The position numbers and the translations under genes were made by a program. Under the pieces are notes generated by a model, which made no database searches, was not told the origin of the DNA, and saw only the letters and a list, made by a program, of their open reading frames with translations. DNA of 64,000 bases from Eledone cirrhosa (lineage: Eukaryota), in contig OZ024745.1 in assembly GCA_964016885.1 (NCBI GenBank), positions 70,060,001-70,124,000 on the forward strand, given 5' to 3'. This document shows, piece by piece, positions 47,401 through 59,749 of this stretch; the first letter of the stretch is position 1, and every line of letters starts with the position of its first letter.

Positions 47401-47695
47401 TTTTGACGACTCCATGTAAACGACATCAAATACGTTTTATTAAAATATTATTCTGATGTCTAAATTTGAGAAGATTTAATGAATTTTGCCACAGTAAAAT
47501 ACTTTTTATTAAATACTTTTTAATAAAAATATAAGTTCTCCTTATGAAAGTGATAAAATTAAGAAGGCCTGCAGAGGGCACCAGTGCTACGGTTGCTGTT
47601 GGAACCCTCCACACGGAACGGGTGGCCCGGGGCAATACCCATTTTGGCCCCTATTAAAACCCAACCCTCTTTCTCTTTCTCTCTCTCTACCCCCA

Positions 47696-47755
<60 letters not shown>

Positions 47756-48538
47756 CCTCTCCGTTAAACTGAAGAAAACTGAATAGATTCTTGAATCCTC
47801 ATACGCAGAGATCAACGAGACAGACCATCACACACACACACACGTATATATTTATATATATATAGGGGAGGGAGAGAGCTGAGTATGTGTATATATGTGT
47901 TATATGTATGAATGTGTACATGTGTGTGTCTCCCTACCTATAAAATACGACTGTAGAGTTTCTTTCTGAAGAATTTAAGAAGAGCAAAACTAAAACTATA
48001 AATATAAAAACATTGAATAGGAAATGAACTTAACCAGCGTGTGTGTGCGTGTTTGCTGGTATGTCTGTTTGTATGTGAATGTGTGTGGGTCTGGCTGTAT
48101 GAGGGCTGTGTGCGTGTTAACATCAGAAACGAAAGGAATCAGGCGACGGATACGTCTGATTTATATCAATGAAAGCCAAATATACTACCTTTCGCTGGGA
48201 AAAGAAAAACATTCTCTCCACAATGACTTATATCGTTGGAATTGTAATTTATTGATTATATTGATTTGTGTAGACATCTTAAGTGTTCGTAGATCGTCGA
48301 TTCGATATGGTTAGCAAAAAAAAAAATAATAGAAACAAAAAATACAGAAAAGGGGGTGATGGTTCGTATCAAAGGCAACTGAATCTATAAAGAAAAGCAT
48401 CGACGTATTCGTATATGCTTATAAATTCATTAGGAAAAGATTGGGCATGTATGGTTACTTCGGGTTTTGCCATAAAGTATCGAAATTTTATACAAGCATT
48501 CTCTAACGTAGAGACAACAACTCAAACTTCTTTTAGGG

Positions 48539-48799
48539 CAGTAGTTCCCAACGTGATATCTGAAGTTTCCTGGGGGTGGGGGGGATTCTACAAAATCTTT
48601 ATTGCGAGTCCATGATTTTAATAGAAAATTTCAATTACTTTATTTAACATATATCTGTTCTTCTTTAATACATATAAGAACCGTTGCTCCTTTGATTTCT
48701 ATTGTCGTTTTATGACTGTTTGGAAGGTGTTAATTTAAAAGGCAGCGAAACGTTATTTAAATAAAAGGGTCCTTGCTGGAAAATGTTTGGTATCCTCTG
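48539..48799. mobile_element. hAT (Charlie-like) MITE, decayed
   Basis: Termini CAGTAGTTCCCAAC and GTTTGGTATCCTCTG. The 8-bp flanks ttttaggg and ggctaggt share a central TAGG. Confidence 0.5.
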
Positions 48800-48904
48800 G
48801 GCTAGGTCATCTAGGTTTTGTGTAAGAATGTTGAGGGACGTCGCTATTTTTATTCAAGTAGCCATTCGACATGTTATTATAAATATCTCTACATGAATGG
48901 TATG

Positions 48905-49168
48905 ACATAATGCATGATTAATTCCATCATTTAAAATATTTATTTTCTGCTGTGTTGCGTGATGCAATTAAAAGTAAATTTAATTATATCTTATAATACA
49001 ATACATGATTAATTTCTTAATTTAGAATATTTATATCTACTGTGCAATATAATGCAATTAAAACTAAATTCAAATATATCTTATTACACAATGCAAGATT
49101 ATTTTTTTTATTTAAAATATTTATGTCCTGTTGTGTTTTATAATACAATTAAGAGTAAGATTAAATTT
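48905..49168. repeat. Degenerate tandem repeat, about 90 bp x 3
   Basis: Recurring aatgcatgatta..tttaaaatattta..tgcaattaaaa.taaatt at about 90-bp spacing. Confidence 0.8.
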
Positions 49169-50333
49169 GGTGAGTCATGACGTTTTCATTGTGAACTAAG
49201 TGAAACACATTCTGAAATTTTTGTTTAGATGTGTGCTCTAATGAATACTCTTTGAAAGCCTAGAAACTATTTCATCACAAAAGTCGCTTTTAGTCACATA
49301 TGACGCCTTGTTGGTTACCTTATTGTGGTCCGACCCGTGCAAATGGCTAAGATATCCATGCACACGTGTACGCTTAAGTTAGTCTTCAGCATTAATCCGG
49401 ATGAAACAATATTACATGAAAGGGCCTTCAAATAAGAGGTAGAGGCCACCAAGCTGGTCTCCACACAATTTCCGTCTATGTCTGCACTATTTAACTCACA
49501 AAGCATTGGTCATTGAATCAATCTTTGGTAATGGCATTTGTCTATGATGCCACAGAAAGAACCTAGAACCACCTGATTGCGAAGCGTACTTCTTAACAAC
49601 CAGTTATAAAGGTTTACATTGTCAGATTATTCTGTCACTAAGGAAGAAAAAGATTCTATGCAGGCGTTCCACCTGATTCAAATAGCAACCAAATGTTACA
49701 CATCTCTAAAGCTGCCAATTTATAATGTAATACGTTGGATTATATGACACAGGGCTCTTTGCACATATGGAAATAATGAAATCGTGGCGGTTGAATTTCC
49801 TTTTATGACAGGACTGATAGGATATTAAAGGATATTTGGCTATTTTCTCTTGCAGGCCAATCTATCCCGTAGGTAAACTAATGTTTATATCTGTAATGTT
49901 CTATATTTTGGAGTATTTTACAACTTTTCATATCAAATCAAGCAGCTTAGTGTGCTGCCCTAAAACAATCATAAGGGGTTGTGCAGGGTTGTGTTATCAT
50001 TAAACAAAGCATAACATATTTCTTTCCTTCAGATCACCAAGGTTTGACAATAATCAGGACATATAACACTGGTCAATGCCCGTACCGCAGAGAGACATAC
50101 TGTCAGGGGAATTCTTGTACTCTCAGTAGAGTAACATATCATAAATCGAGATAAGTTCCGGTTTAATGATGGCTTGTAGTTTGAATACAAGTCTTAACCA
50201 AAAATCACAAACCTCTTCGAGCATCGATTCCTTCATGATATTCTTGATTTTTCACAGATCCTAGACATGTACAAAATAAATAAATGACTTGCAATGTCAG
50301 GAAACAAAATATATTAGTAAATAAAATAAAGAT

Positions 50334-50375
<42 letters not shown>

Positions 50376-51499
50376 AATAAAGATTCAGCGAGAATCGCAT
50401 TTCGGCGGGCAGGAAAAGCGAAGCGAAAGACAAAAATCAGAAATGATACTGGCAAAGTGCTCAATAGTTAAAAACCAGAGCTAAACAATGTGTTAAGAAG
50501 CCATAGAAAACTGAAAATGTGGTCAAGAAGGCATTAACCACCTAAGCCCAAAACCAAATCAAGCTAAACAGGTCGAAACAAAATAAATGATAACCAGGTT
50601 TGAATGCATATATATATATATATATACATTCAAACCCCCCTCATGACTCGAATAGGTGGACCTCGGCTGTAACATATTTTCCTATTTGCCGACTAAGATA
50701 GAGGAAACCCCACAATAATTAGGTAGAAGTAAACGTTTTTTCTTCCTTCTTTTTTCTTACTTTCTTCCTCTCTTTCTCCTCCTACTTTCCTTTTTTTTTC
50801 TTCATAAGTTGCACACTCCTTTACACTTAGGTGGCCCATCGCTTATATTCAGCTTCATTCTTCCTGAGATTAACCCTAGTATTTCCACTCCTGTTATATC
50901 TACATAGCACTGGCTGAAAATATAGCTGGTGTTTTTTTTAGGAGGGGGGGGGGGGTAATTGAGGACGATATTATTGATAAATTACCACTATGAGACGAAC
51001 TAATAACTAAATTTTATTAATTTGGATTTTGTATTAAATTATATTTGCTTAGCTTCCTAGCCAACGCTTAATTCTACGATTTCTTTGTTTATCATAGGTT
51101 CCCAACCCCCTTTACAGATAGTTGTATTGAATTACCTCTTAACGCATGACCTGGCCTATATCCACAGGTCAGATTGTCATCTTACTCTCTCCCCAGGTCA
51201 TATAGGCAAGTTTAGCCAACCCCATCCCCACCGGCCGCTATGAAGGAATTTAACTGTGTTTACAAAACTTTGGCCACTCCCCGAAACAACTTTGAGAACT
51301 GTTTGACAGACACAACTCTGACGCTCTCATTGCATGCTCTTATATGGAATTACCCATTGATAAGTTCAGCCAGGCTACTGGTGTCCTAACAATACCGCCG
51401 CATTGGTTCAGACCTAGCTGTCGAAACGGCCGGAGCTCAGCCGTCGGGGTCCTGACTCTTTTCTTATATGTACATATATATATATAAATATAAGTATGT

Positions 51500-52046
51500 A
51501 ATTTCATTTCCCACTCTTAGTACGGCTGTTACTTAAATATAAGTATGTATACGTACATACATATATGTATACAGACGTACAGTAGTATGTATATATATGA
51601 AATTTCGTTTCATTTTTTCCGTTTATCGTTTTCGGTGCACCCGGCCGATTAACTCACTCTATATGCAAATTGGGCTACTCAGCCGTTAATATGCATAAGG
51701 AAAGTATATACTTTCGTACGTTCAACAATCTGGCAGGAAGGTATACGTTGCTGACGATAGCTAACAAGCTTGAAACTAGTACAGCGTTCCTTTGTCAGTG
51801 TTGAACAAACGAGCAACGGTGGTTGCTAGACACTGCGGCTTAATACGGGATGTTTGTTTACAAACACACCGAGCATTATAATAAATGTTTGGTGAATCCA
51901 TACGTACATATATATATATGTGTGCATGTATGTATATATACATACTACTGTACGTCTGTATACATATATGTATGAACGTATACATACTTATATTTAAGTA
52001 ACAGCCGTACTAAGAGTGGGAAATGAAATTTCGTTTCATTTTTTTC

Positions 52047-52047
<1 letters not shown>
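51500..52047 (+). mobile_element. Retrozyme-like 426-nt unit with a short 5' inverted arm
   Basis: Junction tgaaatttcgtttcattttt occurs at 51598 and again at 52024. An intact hammerhead lies at 51746-51786. 51500-51597 is an inverted copy of the 3' end. Confidence 0.8.
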
Positions 52048-52082
<35 letters not shown>

Positions 52083-52085
<3 letters not shown>

Positions 52086-52228
52086 TGGTTACACAACAGT
52101 TAGTTCACCATACGGAGAACAATTGTTTTACCAAGCGGATCCCCCACTCGTAAGGTTTATGAGCTGAGGATCCGCTAAGGTGAAACAATTGTTCGCGGTA
52201 TGGTGAACTAACTGTTGTGTAACCACTT
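52083..52228. mobile_element. Fold-back hairpin of about 145 bp containing a minimal hammerhead (52161-52196, +)
   Basis: About 60-bp inverted arms; gag-CTGAGGA-tccgctaaggt-GAAAC-AATT-GTT-cgc. The left arm shows ctc at this position, which restores stem I. Confidence 0.75.
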
Positions 52229-53145
52229 CTACCTAACTCGTCCCATGGACTGGGTGCTCTACCACTACGGATATTACCTTCCAGTGTTCTACCACTATAT
52301 ATATATGTGTGTATATATATACACACATACACCACACACACATATACACACAGACACATACACATATATATATATATCAGGAACATATAGATACAAGTCT
52401 TTTGAATTATTATCTATATTCATTTCGTAAACAACTGTCAGGTTATTTTCTTACAAATGTTTCTGTGGTTTCTAGGCTACACCCATCGATGTTTGGGATA
52501 TTTTATCATCTTGTTATGGACCCCTGGTCTAGCCAATACTAATACGCGAGCGATATATGTATCAATCAATATGTAAGTTGCTCAATTCTGATGCCTCGTA
52601 TGAATGTATATTAAGAACTTTAAAAGGTATGGCACAGATATGAATACATTAAAGGGTTCATGTGCAGCTAGTAAACACATTTTGTTTTCACGTATTTGGC
52701 TACTATGTATAAATATATATTTTCCCAATAAACATGATACAACACAAAAAAGCACAAACATACCAAATATCTTGCTTAAATATTTCTTTGATATCAGGGA
52801 AATTCAAGGCAATACCAATTTCCAGGTAGGAAATCAAATTTATATTCTAAAAAAGAATTGGCTCATTTAGAAAGATATGAGTTTTCTTGAAGCGATTTAT
52901 TTGACTGTATTATTTTGGGTTAGCCATATATGTTCTAAATTTGTAACTTTCAAAATACATCAACAGCCTTATTCACAGAATATTGGAGAGACGAAGCAGT
53001 TAATATTATAACACTAATGTGAACATTTATCTGCTCTGCTAACTTTACAGCAGACCGTCGAGGAAACTTGGATTTCTGCAATCTTAGTGATGAACGAAAA
53101 TTTCTCAATGATTAACAATGTAATATGTTTTGAGGGCAATGTATG

Positions 53146-53190
<45 letters not shown>

Positions 53191-53257
53191 GGGGGGGGGG
53201 GATCGAGAATGAGTTTGTGTGTGTGGCAATTAATTTTGTAAGTGTAAAATTATTCCA

Positions 53258-53322
<65 letters not shown>

Positions 53323-54049
53323 CTCCCTCTCATTCACGCCTGCACACAAACACTGTGTTGACATACACATAAGTTTCCAAGCTAAATGTCTAAATAGTTG
53401 TCTGTCCTGTCTATCTATCTATGCATCTAACTCTCTCTCTCTCCCCCTCTCTATCTCTCTTTCTCTCTCTACCTCTCTCTCTCTCTTTCTCTCTCTCTAC
53501 CTACCTACTCAGTCTATCTCCGTTTAGAGGTTTCTATATAGATCTCACTATAAGTAAATGCATGACACCGACGGCAGAGTTCAAGCCGTTTCGACGGCTA
53601 TTTCTATACATATATGTATATATATATATTGTTATACTTTGGGAGGGTCATGTTGCCAATAAGAAACACACGCACCATTGTGTCACTTCAATTTATTATA
53701 AATTAAATTTATAAATTTAAGAATTTATAAATTTCCGGTTGGTTGGTTGGTTGGTTCCAAAACCGGACGGTTGTTCATATATTGTCATAGTTCTTTCGTC
53801 ACACATTCTGTGACCTCTTCAGTGACTGGGGATTATTTTCTTTGTTTTGTGTCTCTCCTTTGTTTTTTCCTACGCCATCTTGTTTTGTGTGTGTGTTGTG
53901 TGCTTAGTTTGCGCATGTGTTACATCCGGGTGTCTGTGTGCGTTTTCATTTGTTTATTTATTTGTTTATTTACATGTTACTGGTTATAACAATATCGGTT
54001 TCAACACACGTTATCAGATAAAGAATCTTGCTAAACAAATTCAGAAAAG

Positions 54050-54112
<63 letters not shown>

Positions 54113-54922
54113 GTTTCTGAATTTGTATATATATATATATAGGGGTAACTCCACAAGTTTGTAAGAATTCCGTTCAATATTGGAGTATAAAGTATAAAAG
54201 AGAAAACACAGGTAAGCATTAAGAGAAGAATTTCATCCAGGTATTTACGAGCGTTTCATTGGTAGGTGCAACTTTATATTGCTATACTGCAAATAGCAGC
54301 CACTCACTTATAATTGTTGTTCACAGTCCAAATTTTCAAAATAGTAAGTAAGTTACTCTTGAAATAATTCTTAATATATAGAGAAAAATATTTATTTGGA
54401 ATTGTATTTACTAGTATAGAGAGAGAGGGATCAGAAGGTGAAGGGACAAACGGGGGAGTATAGAGAGAGAGGAAGGGGTAGAGTTAGGAAATAGAGTGAC
54501 AAACTGAGATGGAGGGAGGGGTAGAGGTGGAAGGATTCTTTGTCAGTTTTGATAAGTAGACTTTAGGTCGTGGAATGTAGTGAGTTAAAGAGAATTAAAT
54601 TGATCATAGTGGGAGGGATGGATAGAGAGAGAGAGAGAGGGAGAGAGAGGGGGGGGGAGATATAAAGAGATAAATATATATATAAAAAATAAAGATAAAG
54701 ATAATAATGACAAAAATAAAAGCAAAGAAGGGGGGAGAAAGAAGAAATGAAAAGATAGCCAAAAAGGGGAGGGAAGGAAGGAAGAAAACGAAGAAATAGA
54801 AGGGGAATGAAGGAGAAGGGGGGAATATAGGTATTGGTTATTGTGGGTAATTAAAAGGGTTTAGATACAACAAGAGGGTATAAAGTCTAAGTATATGCAG
54901 TTTGTCAGTTGGTAGTAAGAGG

Positions 54923-55620
54923 TTAAGGGTTCGATTTGTACTTGTAGTGCAAAAACTTCTCTTTGAGTCTATGGTTACAATAAGTTGATCTTTCGATTTT
55001 ATTGTTGAGTAAATTATTCTTCGAACTCAAGATCTGGAACAGCTCAAGGTCGCATAATCGACAGCTTCTCATACCACTCCGATATGGGGGCGCGTTCGAT
55101 AATTTTTTCCACTTCAGGGTGTAATGATGGTTACTTTCCCTCAGCTGCCATGTCTTGTTTGCAAGGGTAGTTACATAACGATGATGTAGTTACATAACGA
55201 TGCTGGGAATGTTTCATTGCGTAACGGTGTGTATACCAATGGGCTTTGAATGTATTCCCAGTCGCTCCGATGTAATACCATTTCTGGTTGTCTGATTCCA
55301 CTGTGCATTGGTAAACCAGGTTAGACTGCATACATTCATTATGTAATGGACAGGTTTCAGGTAGGTGGCAGTTTCAATTCTTGTCATGGGCAACTTTGGC
55401 ATTATTGGTGGGCTGCGATGCCTGTACAAGTGTGATACGTTTTGTTTGCCTATTAGTGGGTGGTTGTGTATTAGATATTCTGTTATGTTCAATGGTGATT
55501 GTATTGTTATTGTTGTAAATTTGTGTTCTGGTGTTGTTATGTATCTTTTTAGCGTTAAGCATCTTAATGTGTGCCTCTATATTTGGTGCCGTGGAGTAAG
55601 ATAGTCTAATATAGTCAAAC
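54923..55620 (-). pseudogene. PLE linker, zinc knuckle and GIY-YIG endonuclease (in-frame TGA; 19-nt duplication frameshift)
   Basis: IRLSYSTAPNI...KN[TGA]NCHLPETCPLHNECMQSNLVYQCTV...YYIGATGNTFK.HWYTH. After removing a 17+2-nt duplication at 55167-55202 it continues TLANKTWQL...W...APPYRSGMRSCRLCDLE...LLN..IE...CNH. Confidence 0.9.
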
Positions 55621-55622
55621 AC

Positions 55623-56492
55623 CTAGGAATAGACGTCAGAACGGAGCCACTTAGGCCATGTACCCCCCCCCCCCCCTCATTTTATCTCAAGGACCACAAG
55701 GTAAATTTTGATTATAACCCTACAATTAGACTTATATGCCCGTCCAAATCGGACATCGGGAAAATTAGTAAACATATATTAGACAGAGTGATAACACAAA
55801 TGAAGAATAAACTAGTGATTAAACTATGGGGTAACGCTACCGAAACAATTAAGTGGTTTAACAAAATAGCTAACAAAGAAGTATCTAAATTTATTCAATT
55901 TGACATTAACGATTATTACTCATCTATATCCCCCAACACCTTGGATAAAGCCTTAGCATTCGCCAAAGCCAATTCTGACATAACAGACGACGAGATAAAA
56001 ATCATATTAGCTGCTAGGAAAACAATAATTAAATTTGAAAACGCCTATCGGGAACATAAGGATAGATTAAATAACTTTGACATCAAGATGGGGGCTAACG
56101 ACTCGGCTCAAGTCACATATTTAGTAGGTATTTACATAGCCCATAGTTTACAAAGTGAGTTTAGCGACCTTCTCGCTGGAATCTACAGAGACGACGCCCT
56201 GCTCCTAGTTAAGAACCTAAATAACCAGAGCATAGAAAGACTCCGTAAGAATATTAGAAAGACTCTCGGGAAACTAGGCCTTATACATCAATACACCCTG
56301 AAGCAGAAAAAATTATCGAACGCGCCCCCATATCGGAGTGGTATGAGAAGCTGTCGATTATGCGACCTTGAGCTGTTCCACATGTTGAGTTCGAAGAATA
56401 ATTTACTCAACAATAAAATCGAAAGATCAGTTTATTGTAACCATAGACTGAAAGAGAAATGTTCGCACTACATGTGCAAATCGAACCTTTAA
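55623..56492 (+). pseudogene. PLE reverse transcriptase fused in frame, by internal deletion, to the endonuclease C-terminus
   Basis: YLKDHKVNF..NPTIRLICPSKSDIGKISK, QFDINDYYSSI, FDIKMGANDSAQV and GIYRDDAL are Naiad-type RT motifs. The thumb and EN N-terminus are missing at about 56285. Confidence 0.9.
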
Positions 56493-56753
56493 CCTCTTAC
56501 TACCAACTGACAAACTGCATATACTTAGACTTTATACCCTCTTGTTGTATCTAAACCCTTTTAATTACCCACAATAACCAATACCTATATCCCCCCTTCT
56601 TCATTCCCCTTCTATTTCTTCCTTTTCTTCCTTCCTCCCCTCCCCGTTTGGCTATCTTTTCTTTTCTCCTTTCTCCTCTCTTCTTTGCTTTTATTTTTGT
56701 CATTATTATCTTTATCTTTATTTTTTATATATATATTTATCTCTTTATATCTC

Positions 56754-56809
<56 letters not shown>

Positions 56810-57089
56810 GATCCCTCCCACTATGATCAATTTAATTCTCTTTAACTCAATACATTCCACGACATGAAGTCTGCTATCAAAACTGATCAAAGAATCCTTC
56901 CACCTCTACCCCTCCCTCCATCTCAGTTTGTCACTCTACTTCCTAACTCTACCCCCTTCCTCTCTCTCTATACTATTCCGTTTGTCCCCTCACCTTCTGA
57001 TACCTCTCTCTATATATACTAGTAAATACAATTCCAAATAAATGTTTTTCTCTATGTATTACGAATTATTTCAAGAGTAACTTACTTAC

Positions 57090-57191
57090 TATTTTGAAAA
57101 TTTGGACTGTGAACAACAATTATAAGTGAGTGGCTGCTATTTGCAGTATAGCAATATAAGGTTGCACTTACCAATGAAACGGTCGTAAATA
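57090..57191 (+). ncRNA. PLE 3' hammerhead with U3-A8 core and long stem II insertion (second copy 54242-54343, -)
   Basis: tatt-TTGAAAA-tttgg...ccaat-GAAAC-GGTC-GTA-aata; conserved in both arms. Confidence 0.7.
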
Positions 57192-57318
57192 CCTGGATAA
57201 AATCATTCTCTTAATGCTTACCTATGTTTTTTTCTTTTATACTATATATATATTTATATACATATATATATATATATACATACATATATATACACATATA
57301 TATATATGTATATATGTA

Positions 57319-57393
<75 letters not shown>

Positions 57394-57395
57394 TT

Positions 57396-58558
57396 ATAGG
57401 AATAACCAAAGAGTACTTAGAAATACATTGTTTTATTAGCTAACAGTGATTCATCCATACACCATGGCAGGAATCATCAGAGCCTAAAAACATGAGTATA
57501 TCAGTAGTTGCATGCTCCATTGAGTTGCTTCACCAGAACAAGGTTAAAGGACCAGAAGAGGGGTCCTGAGGCCCGCGCTATATGGAAAAAGGCAGAATAC
57601 ATGATGCACATAATGTCATAAAATGACTTAAAAATTTAAAAATTAAAAATTAAAAATTACACCAAAAGTTTATCACTTAAATGGTGCAATAGATGATAAA
57701 GAGGTTGGGAGAGGGTAGCAAGGGTAGAGTGATGGTAGAGTGAGGGTATTACTCAGCATGATCAGAAACAACAAGAAAAAAAAATAAATAAATAAAAAAT
57801 AAAAATGATAATAAAATAGTGCAAAAATACAGGGATAATAAAAGTTGTTGGTAGGGCGAGGATATGATATGGAGAATCGACCTGTTACAAGGCGATATAA
57901 TTGAAGTACACCATCCCTCATATGGACTATCGTACATGTAAGGCTACACCACTGCTAACCAACTATTCTTTTCACAGACTCATGCTTGCAAACTCTATTG
58001 ATCTGCCTGAACACCCTCTTTTTGCACTGCTTGTGCTTCGATGCATTTATGCTTTGCTTTGCCTTATATTTCTTTGGGGTCTCCGGGCTTTTTGTTCCTT
58101 TATTGTTTTGTATTTTTATATTTATCTCTTTTATTATCCCTGTATGTTTGCACTTTTTTATTATTTTATTATTATTATTATTTTTTTTTGTTTTCTTTTG
58201 GTTTCTGATCATGCTGAGTAATACCATCACTCTTCCCTTGCTACCCTCTCCCAACCTCTTTATCATCTATTGCACCATTTAACTGATAACATTTTGGTGT
58301 AATGTTTAATTTTTTTAAATTTTTAAGACATTTTATGACATTATGTGCATCATGTATTCTGCCCTTTTCCATATAGCGCTGGCCTCGGAACCCCCCTGCT
58401 GGTCCTTTAACCTTGTTCTGGTGACGCAACTCGATGGAGCATGCAACTACTGATATACTCATATTTATAGGCTCTGATGATTCCTGCCATGGTGCATGGA
58501 TGAAACACTGCTAGCTAATAAAGCAATGTATTTCTAAGTACTCTTTGGTTATTCCTAT
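57396..58558. mobile_element. Non-autonomous fold-back element with hammerheads
   Basis: Arms at about 57396-57843 and 58130-58558. Consensus ggct-CTGATGA-ttcc..ggat-GAAAC-act-GTT-agct lies at 57438-57484 (-) and 58470-58516 (+). Confidence 0.85.
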
Positions 58559-58764
58559 AACTATAACGGCTCTGTAGTATATTAGTTATCCTACATTGAG
58601 CTAAAACCACACTGTCATACCAAGGGCAATATATCTGTATGTCTGGGCATATTGATATATTTGGTAACGAAATATATATATATATATTTACAGTTATATA
58701 TATATATATATGTATATATATGTATATATGTATATATATGTATATATATATATGTGTGTGTGTG

Positions 58765-58824
<60 letters not shown>

Positions 58825-59749
58825 TGTGTCTGTGTCTGTGTCTCTGTGTGTGTGTATGAGTGTGTGTACAGCACTGTACAATACTATCTTTGGATTTTAT
58901 GCTTCGTTGTATTAATTTCGACACTTTGCGCCCAAATTCAGCGGAGGTCAACATTTCCATTCATAATCTTGATGACGATAAATATAGTACATATGCATTA
59001 CTGGCGTCATTAATATACCAGTCCAGTACTTGGATACAATCTTCCTGTCCCATCATTCTTTCCTGATTCTGTGGTGGCAATCGGTGTGGGTAAAATATGA
59101 AGGGGATTAGGTGCCACTTGGCTTTAAAATCATTTAAAGTGTATAACGGATACTCTAAAATTAGATTACGAATGTGAGTCAGTGATCTGCTCTTCCTAGT
59201 TACGTCAAGTTATAAATTTAAATCCTATATCAATGACGTCCCTGATGATGATCTGTGGTAGAAAATGTTAAATTACTAACCATCAATTAGTTTGATATAT
59301 AGTTTCCAACCCCTTTCTATGTTTATGTTACATATCAATAATTTCGTGTCGATGTGAGCTGGAATAGAAATCTGGATGTCCTTTGACTACTCCCATCAAA
59401 TGTATCATTTTAAAAATTAACATATACAATGTGTAAAATCTATACGTTTGAATTAATACATTTTCCTCAACGCCCACTATGTAAACTGCTTCACCATATT
59501 CCACAATATGAAAACCAATACAAAAAGTTATTATAACCTATATCTCAGAATATAACACAAAGTGTAATAATGATTTATATTTTCAGTATATTTATATAAT
59601 TGCAATTGTTTTGCCGGCTCCTATATATCTTTGGTCTGTTATTTATTAGAACAACATTTGTTCTGATACGTGGAATGATACCTGAATTACTGAACCTAGT
59701 CTAAGTGAATTAATGGCGTCGTGGTTTATTGTCTTGAGAAATAAAAATA

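Larger units (their letters stand above)
54191..57243. mobile_element. Naiad-type Penelope-like retroelement with inverted arms
   Basis: 54191-55129 is inverted at 56286-57243. The arms enclose minus-strand GIY-YIG and plus-strand RT segments and lie near (TA)n tracts. Confidence 0.92.

Noticed and set aside
56820-56900. Possible SECIS (ATGA..AAAA) in the PLE 3' arm
   Set aside because: There is no complementary helix or closing GA, and the ATGA at about 56864 is not conserved in the inverted arm.
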